This document shows, piece after piece, positions 9,734 through 18,494 of a DNA stretch of 32,858 nt (position 1 is the stretch's first letter; every line of letters starts with the position of its first letter). This stretch comes from a virus (Duplodnaviria > Caudoviricetes): positions 1 to 32,858 of IMG/VR virus record IMGVR_UViG_3300029821_000022. The stretch is one strand, 5' to 3'. The notes below the pieces were generated by a model that was not told the DNA's origin, did no database searches, and saw nothing but the letters and a program-made list of their open reading frames with translations. Both the position numbers and the translations under genes were made by a program.

Positions 9734-10527
9734 CGTTCGCAGCCCGCGAAGATAGCCGCTACGACGCGCAGCCGGGCGAACTGTACCTGTTCACCCTGGG
9801 CACCCGCGAGTGGGCATTCACCAGCGGTGATGAGCCAGTTGAGTTTCTCGGGCGCAGGTTTATACCAACCACTATCGCGCGCGGCGCCCTGTTCGCATCG
9901 CAGGATGCGCCGCGCCAGTCGCTCGACATCACTGTGTCGCAGTTCAACTCGGTTGCGCAGGAGTTTTTGCCGTCCGGCCCACCAGACCAGGAAATGGCCG
10001 TGCAGCTTTTCCGCACCCACTTTGGCGATGCTGAAGTGGCGCTGCTGTGGAGCGGCACCGTTGCCAGCGTGCGCATCGGCGGCGCCAATGCCACGCTGAG
10101 CTGCGACCCCGAGCAACTCGCGCTTGAACGCAACCTGCTCAAACGTCGATTTTCCGGCACCTGCACCAATGTGCTGTTCGACGAAAACTGCACGCTCAAC
10201 CGCAACGCGTTTGCGGTTAACGCGGTGCTCAGCGAGGTGGTCGGGGTCACTCTCACCAGCTCGGATTTCGCCACCAAGCCCAATGACTGGCTCGCTGGTG
10301 GCTACATCGAATCAGGCAACTCGCCACGGCGGATGATCCTGTCGCATGTCGGCGCGGTGATCACCATCCGCGCGCCCATCGATGGCCTTGCCGGTGGGCA
10401 GAGCGTGCGCGCCTTCGCCGGCTGTGGCCACACCTTGCAGATCTGCAGGGACAAGTTCAATAACGAGCTCAACTATTGGGGCTTCGAGTTCATCGGCAAC
10501 AACCTGTTTTCGAAAGGGGTGGCGTGA
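9730..10527 (+). CDS. BR0599/DUF2163-family baseplate hub protein (lambda gpL analogue)
   Basis: CTNVLFDENC...AGCGHTLQICRDKFNNELNYWGFEFI four-Cys signature. Confidence 0.88.
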   Translation: MTFAAREDSRYDAQPGELYLFTLGTREWAFTSGDEPVEFLGRRFIPTTIARGALFASQDAPRQSLDITVSQFNSVAQEFLPSGPPDQEMAVQLFRTHFGDAEVALLWSGTVASVRIGGANATLSCDPEQLALERNLLKRRFSGTCTNVLFDENCTLNRNAFAVNAVLSEVVGVTLTSSDFATKPNDWLAGGYIESGNSPRRMILSHVGAVITIRAPIDGLAGGQSVRAFAGCGHTLQICRDKFNNELNYWGFEFIGNNLFSKGVA

Positions 10528-13500
10528 TGGTTTGGGTACAGCTTGCCATCCTGATTGCCACCACAGTGCTCAGCAGCCTGCTGGCGCCGAAGCCCAAGGC
10601 ACCGAAGGCGGCCGGACTGGACGAACTCGATTTTCCGACCGCCGAAGAAGACCGGCCGATTGCCGAATTGCTGGGCACGCGCTGGCTGAAGGCCCCGAAC
10701 GTGGTGTGGTGGGGCGACCTGCGGGTGAAGCCGCTGCGCGTTTCGGCCGGCCCGTTTGGCGGCAAGACCACTGTTGGCTTTCAGTACAACATCGGCGTAC
10801 ACATGGTGTTTGCGCGCAAGCTCGATACCCTGCTCGCCATCAAGGTTGCCGACAAGGTGTTGATCGACAGCCTGGCGATCACCGCCAACACCGTTCTGCA
10901 TGTCGATCAACCGGAACTGTTCGGCGATGCGAAAGCCGAAGGCGGCATCAGCGGCGACATGTCGGTGATGTTTGGCGCCGCAGATCAGCCCGCGGATGAT
11001 TACCTCGCATCGGTATTGGCGCCCGCGCCCGTGCCGGGCTATCGCGGCGTGTTTGGCATCGTGGCGCGGCAGATGAACCTCGGCAACGCAAAAACCCCGC
11101 AGCCGTGGTCAGTGCTCGGCACCCGGCAAAGCACGGGCTGGTACCCCGCAAAAGAAGCGATCGGTTTGGACATGAACCCCGCGCACATGCTGCGCATGGT
11201 GCTGACAACCCGCGATTTTGCCGAACTGCGCGTGCTCACCTCGCGCATCGATGAGGTGAGCTTTACCGCGGCCGCCGACACCCTGTACGCCGAAAACTTC
11301 GGGCTGTCGTTCCTGATCGGGCAAGATGGCTCAAGCGTCGAGGATTTTATCCAGGAAGTGCTGCGCCACATCGATGGCAGCTTGTTCGAGGACAAGCGCG
11401 ACGGGCTGTGGAAACTGGTTCTTAACCGTGCCGATTACGTGGTGGATGATCTGCTGCTGCTCGACCAATCCAACGCAGACACGCTGGACTTCGAGCAGAT
11501 CGCCTGGGGCCAGGTCACCAACACCGTCAGCGTGATCTATTATGATCGCGACAGCGACAGCGACAAGAGCACCGCACCGCATCAGGACATGTCGGTGATC
11601 GAGATCGAAGGCGGCTCGGTGAGCGAAGTGCTGCGCTTCCCCGGCATCACCAACGGTGAATTGGCCACAAAAGTTGCGCAGCGCGAGCTCAACGCCCGCA
11701 ACCGGCCACTGGCGCGCGTTACGCTGGAAGCGCACCGCATTGCCAGCAAGGTCGGCATTGGCCAGCCGTTCCGCTGGCAGAACCCGCGCCGTGGCGTGCC
11801 CGAGATGATCTTGCGCGCCGTGCGCATCGACTACGGCACCCTCGATGATGGCCGTATCCGCATCGAGGCTGTGCAGGATGTTTTCAGCCTGCCTGCCGCC
11901 GTGTTTGCCGCGCCGGGCGCCAGCCGCTTTGTGTCGCCACTTACCGCACCGCAGGTGATGACCCGCCGCGCGGTCATCGAAGCGCCATACTGGTTTGCGC
12001 TCAACGCTGGTGTTGCCAGCAGCGACATCGATACCTCGGGCTACCTGCTCACCGCCGGATCGCCACCCGATGGCACATCGATCGGCTACGACGTGTGGGC
12101 GCGCACCGGCGCCGATCCATTCACTGAACTGAGCACAGGCGCCGGCATGGTGCCGTCGGCCACGCTGACCGCCGATATCGGCCCGGCCGCCACCGTGGTG
12201 GCCATCACCGGCGCGGTGAATGCAAGCGATTTCGCCATCGGCAGCCTGGTGCTGATCGGCGGCATTGAGATCGCCCGCATCGATGCCACCAGCGCCACCA
12301 CGCTCACCCTGTCGCGCGGTGTGCTGGACACCACGCCGCAACCGCACAGCATCGCGGCCGTTGTGCTTGGCTTTGACGATGTGGCATTTGAGCGCAGCAC
12401 TTATGCGCTCGGCACGGCGCTCGATGTCAAGCTGGTCAATGCCAACCTATCTGGCAGTTTGGCGCAGGCTTCGGTGCCAGTAGACGCGCTGACATTTTCC
12501 CAGCGCGCCATGCGTCCATATCCGCCTGCGGGCCTGACAATCAACGGGCAGAGCTACCCGGCAACAGCGGCTGGCCAGATCATCGTTTCAGCCCGTACGC
12601 GCAATCGCGTCATCCAGGGCGTAAACATCGTCGACCAAAGCGCTGCATCGATAGTCCACGAAGCAGGCACCACATACACCGCCCGCTGGCTATTAAACGC
12701 ATCGCTGGTACGAACCGCGAGCGGTTTGCCAGCGCCAGAGGACGTGTTCACACCGGCCAGCAATGGCACCGTAAGCGTGGAGCTCAGCGCCGTGCGCGGC
12801 AGCTTGGCCAGCAATCAGGTGCTCGCTCACACGTTCGCATACACCACTGCTGGCGGTTCATCTGCGCCCGGAGTCGGCCCGCTGCCGCTGTTTGTTTTCT
12901 CGGGTGCGCAATATGCAGCGCAGGCGTCAGCGTTTGGTTTCGGCGGCACCGTCACTTGGACGCGCGTCGGAACCGGCACTCCGGCGAATCTGGTGAACGT
13001 GTCCGCCACGGGTGCTGTGAGTTTCACCTCGCCCGGCTCCGGCCAGGTGCAATTCACCCTGCGCGCTACTGATGGCACCGACACCATCGACCGCGTGTTT
13101 ACGGTTACCGTGCAAGGCGAGGTGAGTGGCACACCGGCACTCATACCAAATCTTGATTTTGAGGCCGGCGCATCGGGCTGGACGATGCCAGCGCCAGGCG
13201 TCGGCACGTTCACTATCGAGAACAACGCAGGGCTCGCGGATAGCGGCTCGTGGGTTGGCCACTATGTGGGCAACCCTGGCGCGATGGCAGGCACGCAGTT
13301 GTTGACGGACGGCATACAAGTGCTGCCAGGTAGTTTCCTCACCGTCAACGGCCGCACGCGCATCGTATCAACAGGATCAGGATCTACCACCGTAGCAATC
13401 CGGGTGGTGATCAGCAGCCAAAGCGGATCGTCTACGTTTGCCGACGTGCACAGCGTCATTGGACCGTTCAAGTTCTCATCGTCTGTGGACGGCACCTTGC

Positions 13501-13652
13501 CGTGGGTCGACTTGGATTCAGTCGGATTCCAGATCCGCAGCGAATTTCAGTCGCCGATTTGGTTGCGAGTGGGTGTTGTGATCCAGAATCCGGTCGGCAA
13601 CACCGACGTGCTAATCGATAATTTCCGTGTCACTGCCGTCTCTCCGTCTTAA
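10527..13652 (+). CDS. Tail tip/central fibre protein with C-terminal Ig-like and CBM-like domains
   Basis: DMNPAHML, FIQEVLRHIDGSL, SRGVLDTTPQPH, RAMRPYPPA; C-terminal FTLRATDG and IPNLDFEAGASGWT. Confidence 0.85.
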   Translation: MVWVQLAILIATTVLSSLLAPKPKAPKAAGLDELDFPTAEEDRPIAELLGTRWLKAPNVVWWGDLRVKPLRVSAGPFGGKTTVGFQYNIGVHMVFARKLDTLLAIKVADKVLIDSLAITANTVLHVDQPELFGDAKAEGGISGDMSVMFGAADQPADDYLASVLAPAPVPGYRGVFGIVARQMNLGNAKTPQPWSVLGTRQSTGWYPAKEAIGLDMNPAHMLRMVLTTRDFAELRVLTSRIDEVSFTAAADTLYAENFGLSFLIGQDGSSVEDFIQEVLRHIDGSLFEDKRDGLWKLVLNRADYVVDDLLLLDQSNADTLDFEQIAWGQVTNTVSVIYYDRDSDSDKSTAPHQDMSVIEIEGGSVSEVLRFPGITNGELATKVAQRELNARNRPLARVTLEAHRIASKVGIGQPFRWQNPRRGVPEMILRAVRIDYGTLDDGRIRIEAVQDVFSLPAAVFAAPGASRFVSPLTAPQVMTRRAVIEAPYWFALNAGVASSDIDTSGYLLTAGSPPDGTSIGYDVWARTGADPFTELSTGAGMVPSATLTADIGPAATVVAITGAVNASDFAIGSLVLIGGIEIARIDATSATTLTLSRGVLDTTPQPHSIAAVVLGFDDVAFERSTYALGTALDVKLVNANLSGSLAQASVPVDALTFSQRAMRPYPPAGLTINGQSYPATAAGQIIVSARTRNRVIQGVNIVDQSAASIVHEAGTTYTARWLLNASLVRTASGLPAPEDVFTPASNGTVSVELSAVRGSLASNQVLAHTFAYTTAGGSSAPGVGPLPLFVFSGAQYAAQASAFGFGGTVTWTRVGTGTPANLVNVSATGAVSFTSPGSGQVQFTLRATDGTDTIDRVFTVTVQGEVSGTPALIPNLDFEAGASGWTMPAPGVGTFTIENNAGLADSGSWVGHYVGNPGAMAGTQLLTDGIQVLPGSFLTVNGRTRIVSTGSGSTTVAIRVVISSQSGSSTFADVHSVIGPFKFSSSVDGTLPWVDLDSVGFQIRSEFQSPIWLRVGVVIQNPVGNTDVLIDNFRVTAVSPS

Positions 13653-13661
13653 ACAGGGCAA

Positions 13662-14273
13662 ATGGCCATGCTCCAATCAATCAACCCCGAATCCATCGCC
13701 GCATGGCTTACCGCCATCGCCACTGCCTATGGCCTGTGGCGTGTGGTCAAACCGAAACTGCGCGCGAAGATCAGGGAAGCCATCGGCTCCGCGGTCACCG
13801 TCCATGTCACCACGCCGATCATGACGTGCGTCGATGATCGGATGGCGCAGGTCAATGGCTCGCTGGATGCGCTTGGCGGCACCACCAGGGCCATCCAGCA
13901 GGATGTGAAGCTGCTCACGGATGTCACCCGTGGCCACCTTGGGCTTGAATCGGACGGCCGCTTTGAGGCCAATGCCAACGGCGCATTTGTATGGGTGAGC
14001 CCATCGTACCTGCGCTGGATCGGGAGATCCGAGTCACAGATGATCGGCTGGGGGTGGGTGAGCATGGTGACCGACAGCGAACGCGACGAAGTGCTGCGCG
14101 ATTACCTGTCGGCAATCAAGTTTGCGCGTGAGTTCCGCCGCACCGTCACATTCACCCACGACCTCGGGCACAGGCTGCGCGCCACGATGTTGGCTGTGCC
14201 TGTGCTCGATGGCGACGGTGACTGCCAGCGCTACGCCGGCATCGTTCAGCCACTCACGGAGGGCGAAAAATGA
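13662..14273 (+). CDS. Single-TM protein with C-terminal PAS domain, in the holin position
   Basis: TM IAAWLTAIATAYGLWRVV then basic KPKLRAKIR; PAS signature GRFEANANGAFVWVSPSYLRWIGRSESQMIGWGWVSMVTDSERD...AVPVLDGDGDCQRYAGIVQPL. Confidence 0.8.
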   Translation: MAMLQSINPESIAAWLTAIATAYGLWRVVKPKLRAKIREAIGSAVTVHVTTPIMTCVDDRMAQVNGSLDALGGTTRAIQQDVKLLTDVTRGHLGLESDGRFEANANGAFVWVSPSYLRWIGRSESQMIGWGWVSMVTDSERDEVLRDYLSAIKFAREFRRTVTFTHDLGHRLRATMLAVPVLDGDGDCQRYAGIVQPLTEGEK

Positions 14274-15265
14274 AACGCCTCATGTCGTGGTGCAGATTGC
14301 ACATCGAGTTGACGCTGGTGTTGCCGATGATCGTGGCCGGCATCGCCGGCGCGTGGTATGCAACCTGGCGGCGTGGCCTGCCGCTGATCGAGGTGGGGCC
14401 GATCCTGGTCGATTACCTGGTCGGCCTGCTTGCCGTGGCTGGCATCGGCTACCTGGCGTGGGCATTCAAGCGCGAATACTGGTACGACCTCACCGGCGAA
14501 GCCGAAGCCGAGCTGCACGCCAAAGCCGCTGCCGGTGACAAGGGCGCGCGCTGGGTGATCGTCAAGGATCGAGTCGAATTCGTTGTGTTGCTGCTGCTGC
14601 TGGTGTTCGGCTTCAGTCGTTTCGCCGGGGCGCAGGAATCAGCCGCAGCGGATCTGATCACGAAGTGGGAAGTCAGCGGCACACAGGGCTACGTCCGCTG
14701 CTGCGAACGGCCGATCTGGCCGGGTGGTGAATCGGGTATTACCTGGGCCATCGGCTACGACGGCGGGCATCAACACCCGGATACCATCGCCCGTGAATGG
14801 CGCATGCACCCATGTGTCGCTCGGCTGGCCACCACCGCCGGCATCACTGGGCTGGATGCCAAGGCTGCGCTGCCGCGCTACCGCGACATCATCACGCCGT
14901 ATGCCATGGCCCGCCGCGTGCTGATCGAGCACTCGCTACCGCGCTACAGCGTCATGGCCCGGCGCGCCTACGGCCGCGCCTACGATGCCGCACCCCAAGC
15001 GGTGCGCGATGCGCTACTCGACGAAACCTACAACCGCGGCACCGGCATGGCCGGCGACCGGCGCCGCGAGCGCCGCGTGATCCGCGATCAATGCCTGCCT
15101 GCCGGCGATTGGGCCTGCGTAGCCGAACAGCTCGCAGCCAGTTGCCGCGTGTGGGCAGGGCAACCTATCGGCGTCGGCTTGTGCAACCGGCGGCTCGATG
15201 AAGCAGCACTCGCACGCACCTTCCAACCACACGTAACGGAGATAAATCATGGCACGTCGCGATAA
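14270..15265 (+). CDS. Endolysin (lysozyme/pesticin-like muramidase) with three N-terminal TM segments
   Basis: LITKWEV...PIWPGGESGITWAIGYDGG...ALLDETYNRG...GLCNRRLDEAAL; three hydrophobic stretches in the first ~120 aa. Confidence 0.85.
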   Translation: MKRLMSWCRLHIELTLVLPMIVAGIAGAWYATWRRGLPLIEVGPILVDYLVGLLAVAGIGYLAWAFKREYWYDLTGEAEAELHAKAAAGDKGARWVIVKDRVEFVVLLLLLVFGFSRFAGAQESAAADLITKWEVSGTQGYVRCCERPIWPGGESGITWAIGYDGGHQHPDTIAREWRMHPCVARLATTAGITGLDAKAALPRYRDIITPYAMARRVLIEHSLPRYSVMARRAYGRAYDAAPQAVRDALLDETYNRGTGMAGDRRRERRVIRDQCLPAGDWACVAEQLAASCRVWAGQPIGVGLCNRRLDEAALARTFQPHVTEINHGTSR

Positions 15266-15644
15266 TACTGCACTGCAAAACCTGCTGGCCGATGCGGTAG
15301 ACGCTGCGTTCGGCGGTGGGTTCCTCGACATCTACACCGGCGCCCAGCCGGCGAACGCCAACACGGCGGCGTCAGGCACCTTGCTGGTGTCGATCCCGCT
15401 CCCTGCTGACCCGCACAGCGCGGCGTCGTCCGGTGTCGCATCAAAGGCGGGCACATGGTCTGCGACCATCACAGCCTCTGGCGCTGCTGGCTGGGCGCGG
15501 ATGCGCAACGCCGCTGACACCATCCGCCGCGACTTCTCGGTGACTGCCACCGGCGGCGGCGGTGACTATACCGTGGCGTCTACCGCGTTCGTTGTTGGCG
15601 GCACGGCGACGGTCACGGCTGACACGATCACCCAGCCGGCGTAA
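15249..15644 (+). CDS. Small virion structural protein
   Basis: LDIYTGAQPANANTAASGTLLVSI...ASGAAGWAR pattern seen in fibre-associated phage proteins; SD GGAG. Confidence 0.65.
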   Translation: MARRDNTALQNLLADAVDAAFGGGFLDIYTGAQPANANTAASGTLLVSIPLPADPHSAASSGVASKAGTWSATITASGAAGWARMRNAADTIRRDFSVTATGGGGDYTVASTAFVVGGTATVTADTITQPA

Positions 15645-15850
15645 TGAACCAGCGCGCCGGGCGTGATCGGTCGCTGCCGGTTTACGTGATGCTGTGTCGG
15701 ATATGCAGCAGACGTGGGCTGATCGAACCACGTCGTGGCGCGCGATGGCGCATGGGTCGGTGCGACCGATGCGCGGTGCGAGGCTGGCTCGTGAGCGTGG
15801 ATGACATCGTGTTCACCTACCCACCGATGCGGTACACCATCAAGAGGTGA
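15644..15850 (+). CDS. Small basic Cys4 (zinc-finger-like) protein
   Basis: TAATG coupling; CRIC...CDRC. Confidence 0.5.
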   Translation: MNQRAGRDRSLPVYVMLCRICSRRGLIEPRRGARWRMGRCDRCAVRGWLVSVDDIVFTYPPMRYTIKR

Positions 15851-15914
15851 CAGGTGCAAATAATTGACCATACGTTGTATCGGCGCGAATCCGCCACTGA
15901 CGTGAGTTCGTAGC

Positions 15915-17180
15915 GTGGCTATCGCTGTCACTCTCGTCGGGTCACGCGGCAATAGCGCTGGCACGTCTGCAACGACTGGTGCGGGTACTACTGCGGCTTC
16001 TGGTAGCACCTTTCTGGTGGCGCTTTCGTATGGAATTGCGTCGCAAGGCAATCCACTATCCGTTGTGGACAACAAGGGTAACACCTTCACCCTAATATCT
16101 GGCAGTAGGTTTGCAGGAGGCAGCAGTAATTCTGCTGCGGTAGAGTGGTGGATAACCGAGAATGGGGTAGGTGGCGCTGGGCATACCGCGACGGTGACAT
16201 TCTCAGGCGGTGAGGCGACGACGATCCGCCTGTTTGAAGTGACAGGCGCAACAGCGCCTGGGGTTGATGCGATTACTGGTAGAGCGTCTGTAACCACGGA
16301 TGATTTAATCATTCCGGTACCGGCAACGGGTAGTTTTGCGCAGGCCGACGAACTGATTATGGCCGTAGTAGGCAATGCAGTTGGTGGAGGGATTACATAT
16401 TCTGACTCTACGGGCACCTTCACCAAATTGGACGAAGAAGGTGACGGTAATAGCTGGTGGACATCAGCCGTATTCTCAAGAATCATCTCCAGCACTGCGG
16501 CGATTACTACAGGTTTTGCAGACAATGTAGGTACTGGAGCATTTCAGTACGGTTCGGTTGTGTCGATTAAACAATCGTCAGGCGGTGGGGCTGCGTTTGA
16601 TCTCTCCGGGGCTGCGGTGCAAGCGGCGCAGACTGCTGGTGGCACGCTAGCCATCACTGCGCCCGTGTTCGACCTCACCGGTGCGACGGTGCAGCCTGCG
16701 CAGACGCATTCAGGCACGTTGGGCAACACGCAGACATTTACTCTCACCGGTGCGACGGTGCAGGCGGCGCAGGTGCACGCCGGCACACTTGGCGCGACCG
16801 TGTCCGCGTTCAACCTAACCGGTGCGACGGTGCAGCCGGCGCAGACGCACTCAGGCACGTTGGGCAACACTGTGCCCGTGTTCGACCTTACTGGCACGAC
16901 AGTGCAGGCAGTGCAGATCGCCGGCGGTGCTCTTACTACTGGGCAGGTGTTCGACCTCACCGGCGCGACGGTACCCGCTGCGCAGATCCACGCCGGCACG
17001 CTCGCTGCGACGGTGCCCGCGTTCGACCTCACCGGCGCGACGGTGCAGGCCGCGCAGATCCATGCTGGCACGCTGACAAAGATGCCGATAGACACCATTC
17101 GCATCGGCACCAAATACCTGGTCATGGATACCACGCGCGCTTTCACCGTGCGCGACATCACAAGAAAATGGAGAATCTGA
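15915..17180 (+). CDS. Putative fibre/adhesin: globular N-terminal domain plus repeat stalk
   Basis: Ser/Thr/Gly-rich N-terminal domain followed by 7 repeats of FDLTGATVQAAQxHAGTL. Confidence 0.7.
   Translation: MAIAVTLVGSRGNSAGTSATTGAGTTAASGSTFLVALSYGIASQGNPLSVVDNKGNTFTLISGSRFAGGSSNSAAVEWWITENGVGGAGHTATVTFSGGEATTIRLFEVTGATAPGVDAITGRASVTTDDLIIPVPATGSFAQADELIMAVVGNAVGGGITYSDSTGTFTKLDEEGDGNSWWTSAVFSRIISSTAAITTGFADNVGTGAFQYGSVVSIKQSSGGGAAFDLSGAAVQAAQTAGGTLAITAPVFDLTGATVQPAQTHSGTLGNTQTFTLTGATVQAAQVHAGTLGATVSAFNLTGATVQPAQTHSGTLGNTVPVFDLTGTTVQAVQIAGGALTTGQVFDLTGATVPAAQIHAGTLAATVPAFDLTGATVQAAQIHAGTLTKMPIDTIRIGTKYLVMDTTRAFTVRDITRKWRI
16596..17076 (+). repeat. Seven tandem 69-72-bp coding repeats (23-24 aa)
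   Basis: Recurrent ttcgacctcaccggtgcgacggtgcag..gcgcag..ggcacg. Confidence 0.9.
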
Positions 17181-17181
17181 C

Positions 17182-17478
17182 ATGCTCACAGCAAACTGGC
17201 ACGAACAAATTGAAAAGGTGCTCGACCCGGATTCGGACGAAGTGCTGAGCTTCGACTTCACCAACTGGCTCGACGGCGAAACGCTTGACGCGCAAACCGC
17301 GCTGGTCGATGTGGTGGGCGCCACATCGCAGGTGGAGAGCCTGGACGCCACCAGCATCGCCTTCCGGCTCACAGCCATGACTGCCGGCGCGCCAGCATCG
17401 GTTACGGTGCGTGCGGTGTCATCCCCAAGCCTGCGCAAGGACGATTTCACCCTCAAAATCGTCGTGAGGAACAAGTGA
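17182..17478 (+). CDS. Fibre-tail adaptor-like protein
   Basis: LDPDSDEVLSFDFTNWLDGETL motif; follows fibre gene; SD GGAG. Confidence 0.65.
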   Translation: MLTANWHEQIEKVLDPDSDEVLSFDFTNWLDGETLDAQTALVDVVGATSQVESLDATSIAFRLTAMTAGAPASVTVRAVSSPSLRKDDFTLKIVVRNK

Positions 17479-17597
17479 TGGCCACCAAACGCAAAACCTA
17501 CTTTGTCTACCGCAACGCGATCACAGGCAGATACACCTCGAGGCGGTTTGCCGAGGGCCACCCAGACATCACCATCCGCATTCGGCGGCAGCGATGA
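17478..17597 (+). CDS. 39-aa basic microprotein MATKRKTYFVYRNAITGRYTSRRFAEGHPDITIRIRRQR
   Basis: Read by hand; TGATG coupling upstream, ATGA coupling downstream, SD GAGGA. Confidence 0.7.
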   Translation: MATKRKTYFVYRNAITGRYTSRRFAEGHPDITIRIRRQR

Positions 17598-17983
17598 GCG
17601 GCGCGGCTGCGTTGCCGATCGTTGGCAGGGTAACCTCGCCAACAGCCACGCTGTACCTCGCCGGCGCGCTGCTGGTGATGGCGCTGCTGGCCGGTTGGTC
17701 ACTGTGGCGGCTCGCGGGTGCCGGCGCACGCTGCGACGTACGCATCGCCCATGCGCAGGCACGCGGCAGCGAGGCCGTGCGAAAGCTGGTTGCGGGGCAG
17801 GAGGCTTCAATCGCGTTGATCAAAGCCGAGGATGATGTGCGCCTGCTGACGATGCAGGCCGCCATCCCAGCACGGCAGATCGAGCGCATCACCGTCTACC
17901 GCGACCGCGTGCGCACCATCACCGTGCCTGAATGCCGCGTCGACGATGCCCAGGTACAAGCCATCAACGAGGCGCTGCAATGA
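17594..17983 (+). CDS. i-spanin (Rz-like)
   Basis: N-terminal TM, helical periplasmic region, C-terminal ECRVD. Confidence 0.75.
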   Translation: MSGAAALPIVGRVTSPTATLYLAGALLVMALLAGWSLWRLAGAGARCDVRIAHAQARGSEAVRKLVAGQEASIALIKAEDDVRLLTMQAAIPARQIERITVYRDRVRTITVPECRVDDAQVQAINEALQ

Positions 17984-18270
17984 CCCGGCTCGCGTTGCTC
18001 GCACTGTGCGCTGCAATGACCGCTTGCGCCCAGCCAGTGATCCAAGCCCCGCCACAGCCGCCGATCGCGCAATGCGATGCCGTGTGCTGGCAGCCGTGCG
18101 ACGCCACAGGCATCGCCTACGCGCCAGCGCCAGCCACCACCGACGCGATTGGCGACCTGGTTCAGCAGGTGATCGTTCCGCTGCGCGGCCGCATCGACCA
18201 ATGCGAGTTATCACGCCTCGCGTGCCAGCAGTGCATCGACCGGCTTGAGCGGGCTGGGGTTATTCGGTAG
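17980..18270 (+). CDS. o-spanin lipoprotein (Rz1-like)
   Basis: MTRLALLALCAAMTAC signal with lipobox-like Cys, Pro-rich mature part; overlaps i-spanin stop. Confidence 0.78.
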   Translation: MTRLALLALCAAMTACAQPVIQAPPQPPIAQCDAVCWQPCDATGIAYAPAPATTDAIGDLVQQVIVPLRGRIDQCELSRLACQQCIDRLERAGVIR

Positions 18271-18483
18271 GCCCAAATTTTGCCCACCACCCGCTGAAAC
18301 CGTTGCGCTTCCTTGTGTTCTGGTGCCCAGGAGAGGAATATCGGGCTGTTTACCGGTTTTGCCATGTTGTGCCGGTTTGGCCCGCAAAACGTGCTGCGTA
18401 GCGGCCTTCAGCGGTTCGCGTTTGCCGTGTTGCCCCACGTTTGCCCGGTTATGCGCTAACCTGTTTGCCCAAGATTTGCCCAA
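18271..18483 (+). repeat. attP arm-type direct repeats
   Basis: GCCCAAATTTTGCCCA (18271-18286) and TTTGCCCAAGATTTGCCCAA (18464-18483); ~10-bp-phased TTGCC-like units at 18350-18385 and 18421-18450. Confidence 0.7.
18321..18337 (-). other. attP core (copy of a tRNA-Leu 3' end)
   Basis: Minus strand reads TCCTCTCCTGGGCACCA, a CCA-ending tRNA 3' end; intergenic and adjacent to the integrase. Confidence 0.85.
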
Positions 18484-18494
18484 CCGGAGGGGTG

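Noticed and set aside
13662-13670. Met-Ala-Met as a holin dual-start motif
   Set aside because: It lacks the basic residue that makes such motifs functional; too weak by itself
16596-17076. Tandem repeats as a CRISPR array or DGR template/variable repeats
   Set aside because: They are degenerate in-frame coding repeats with no unique spacers; no reverse transcriptase or cas gene is present
18321-18337. tRNA gene
   Set aside because: Only the last 17 nt are present; no T-loop or anticodon arm
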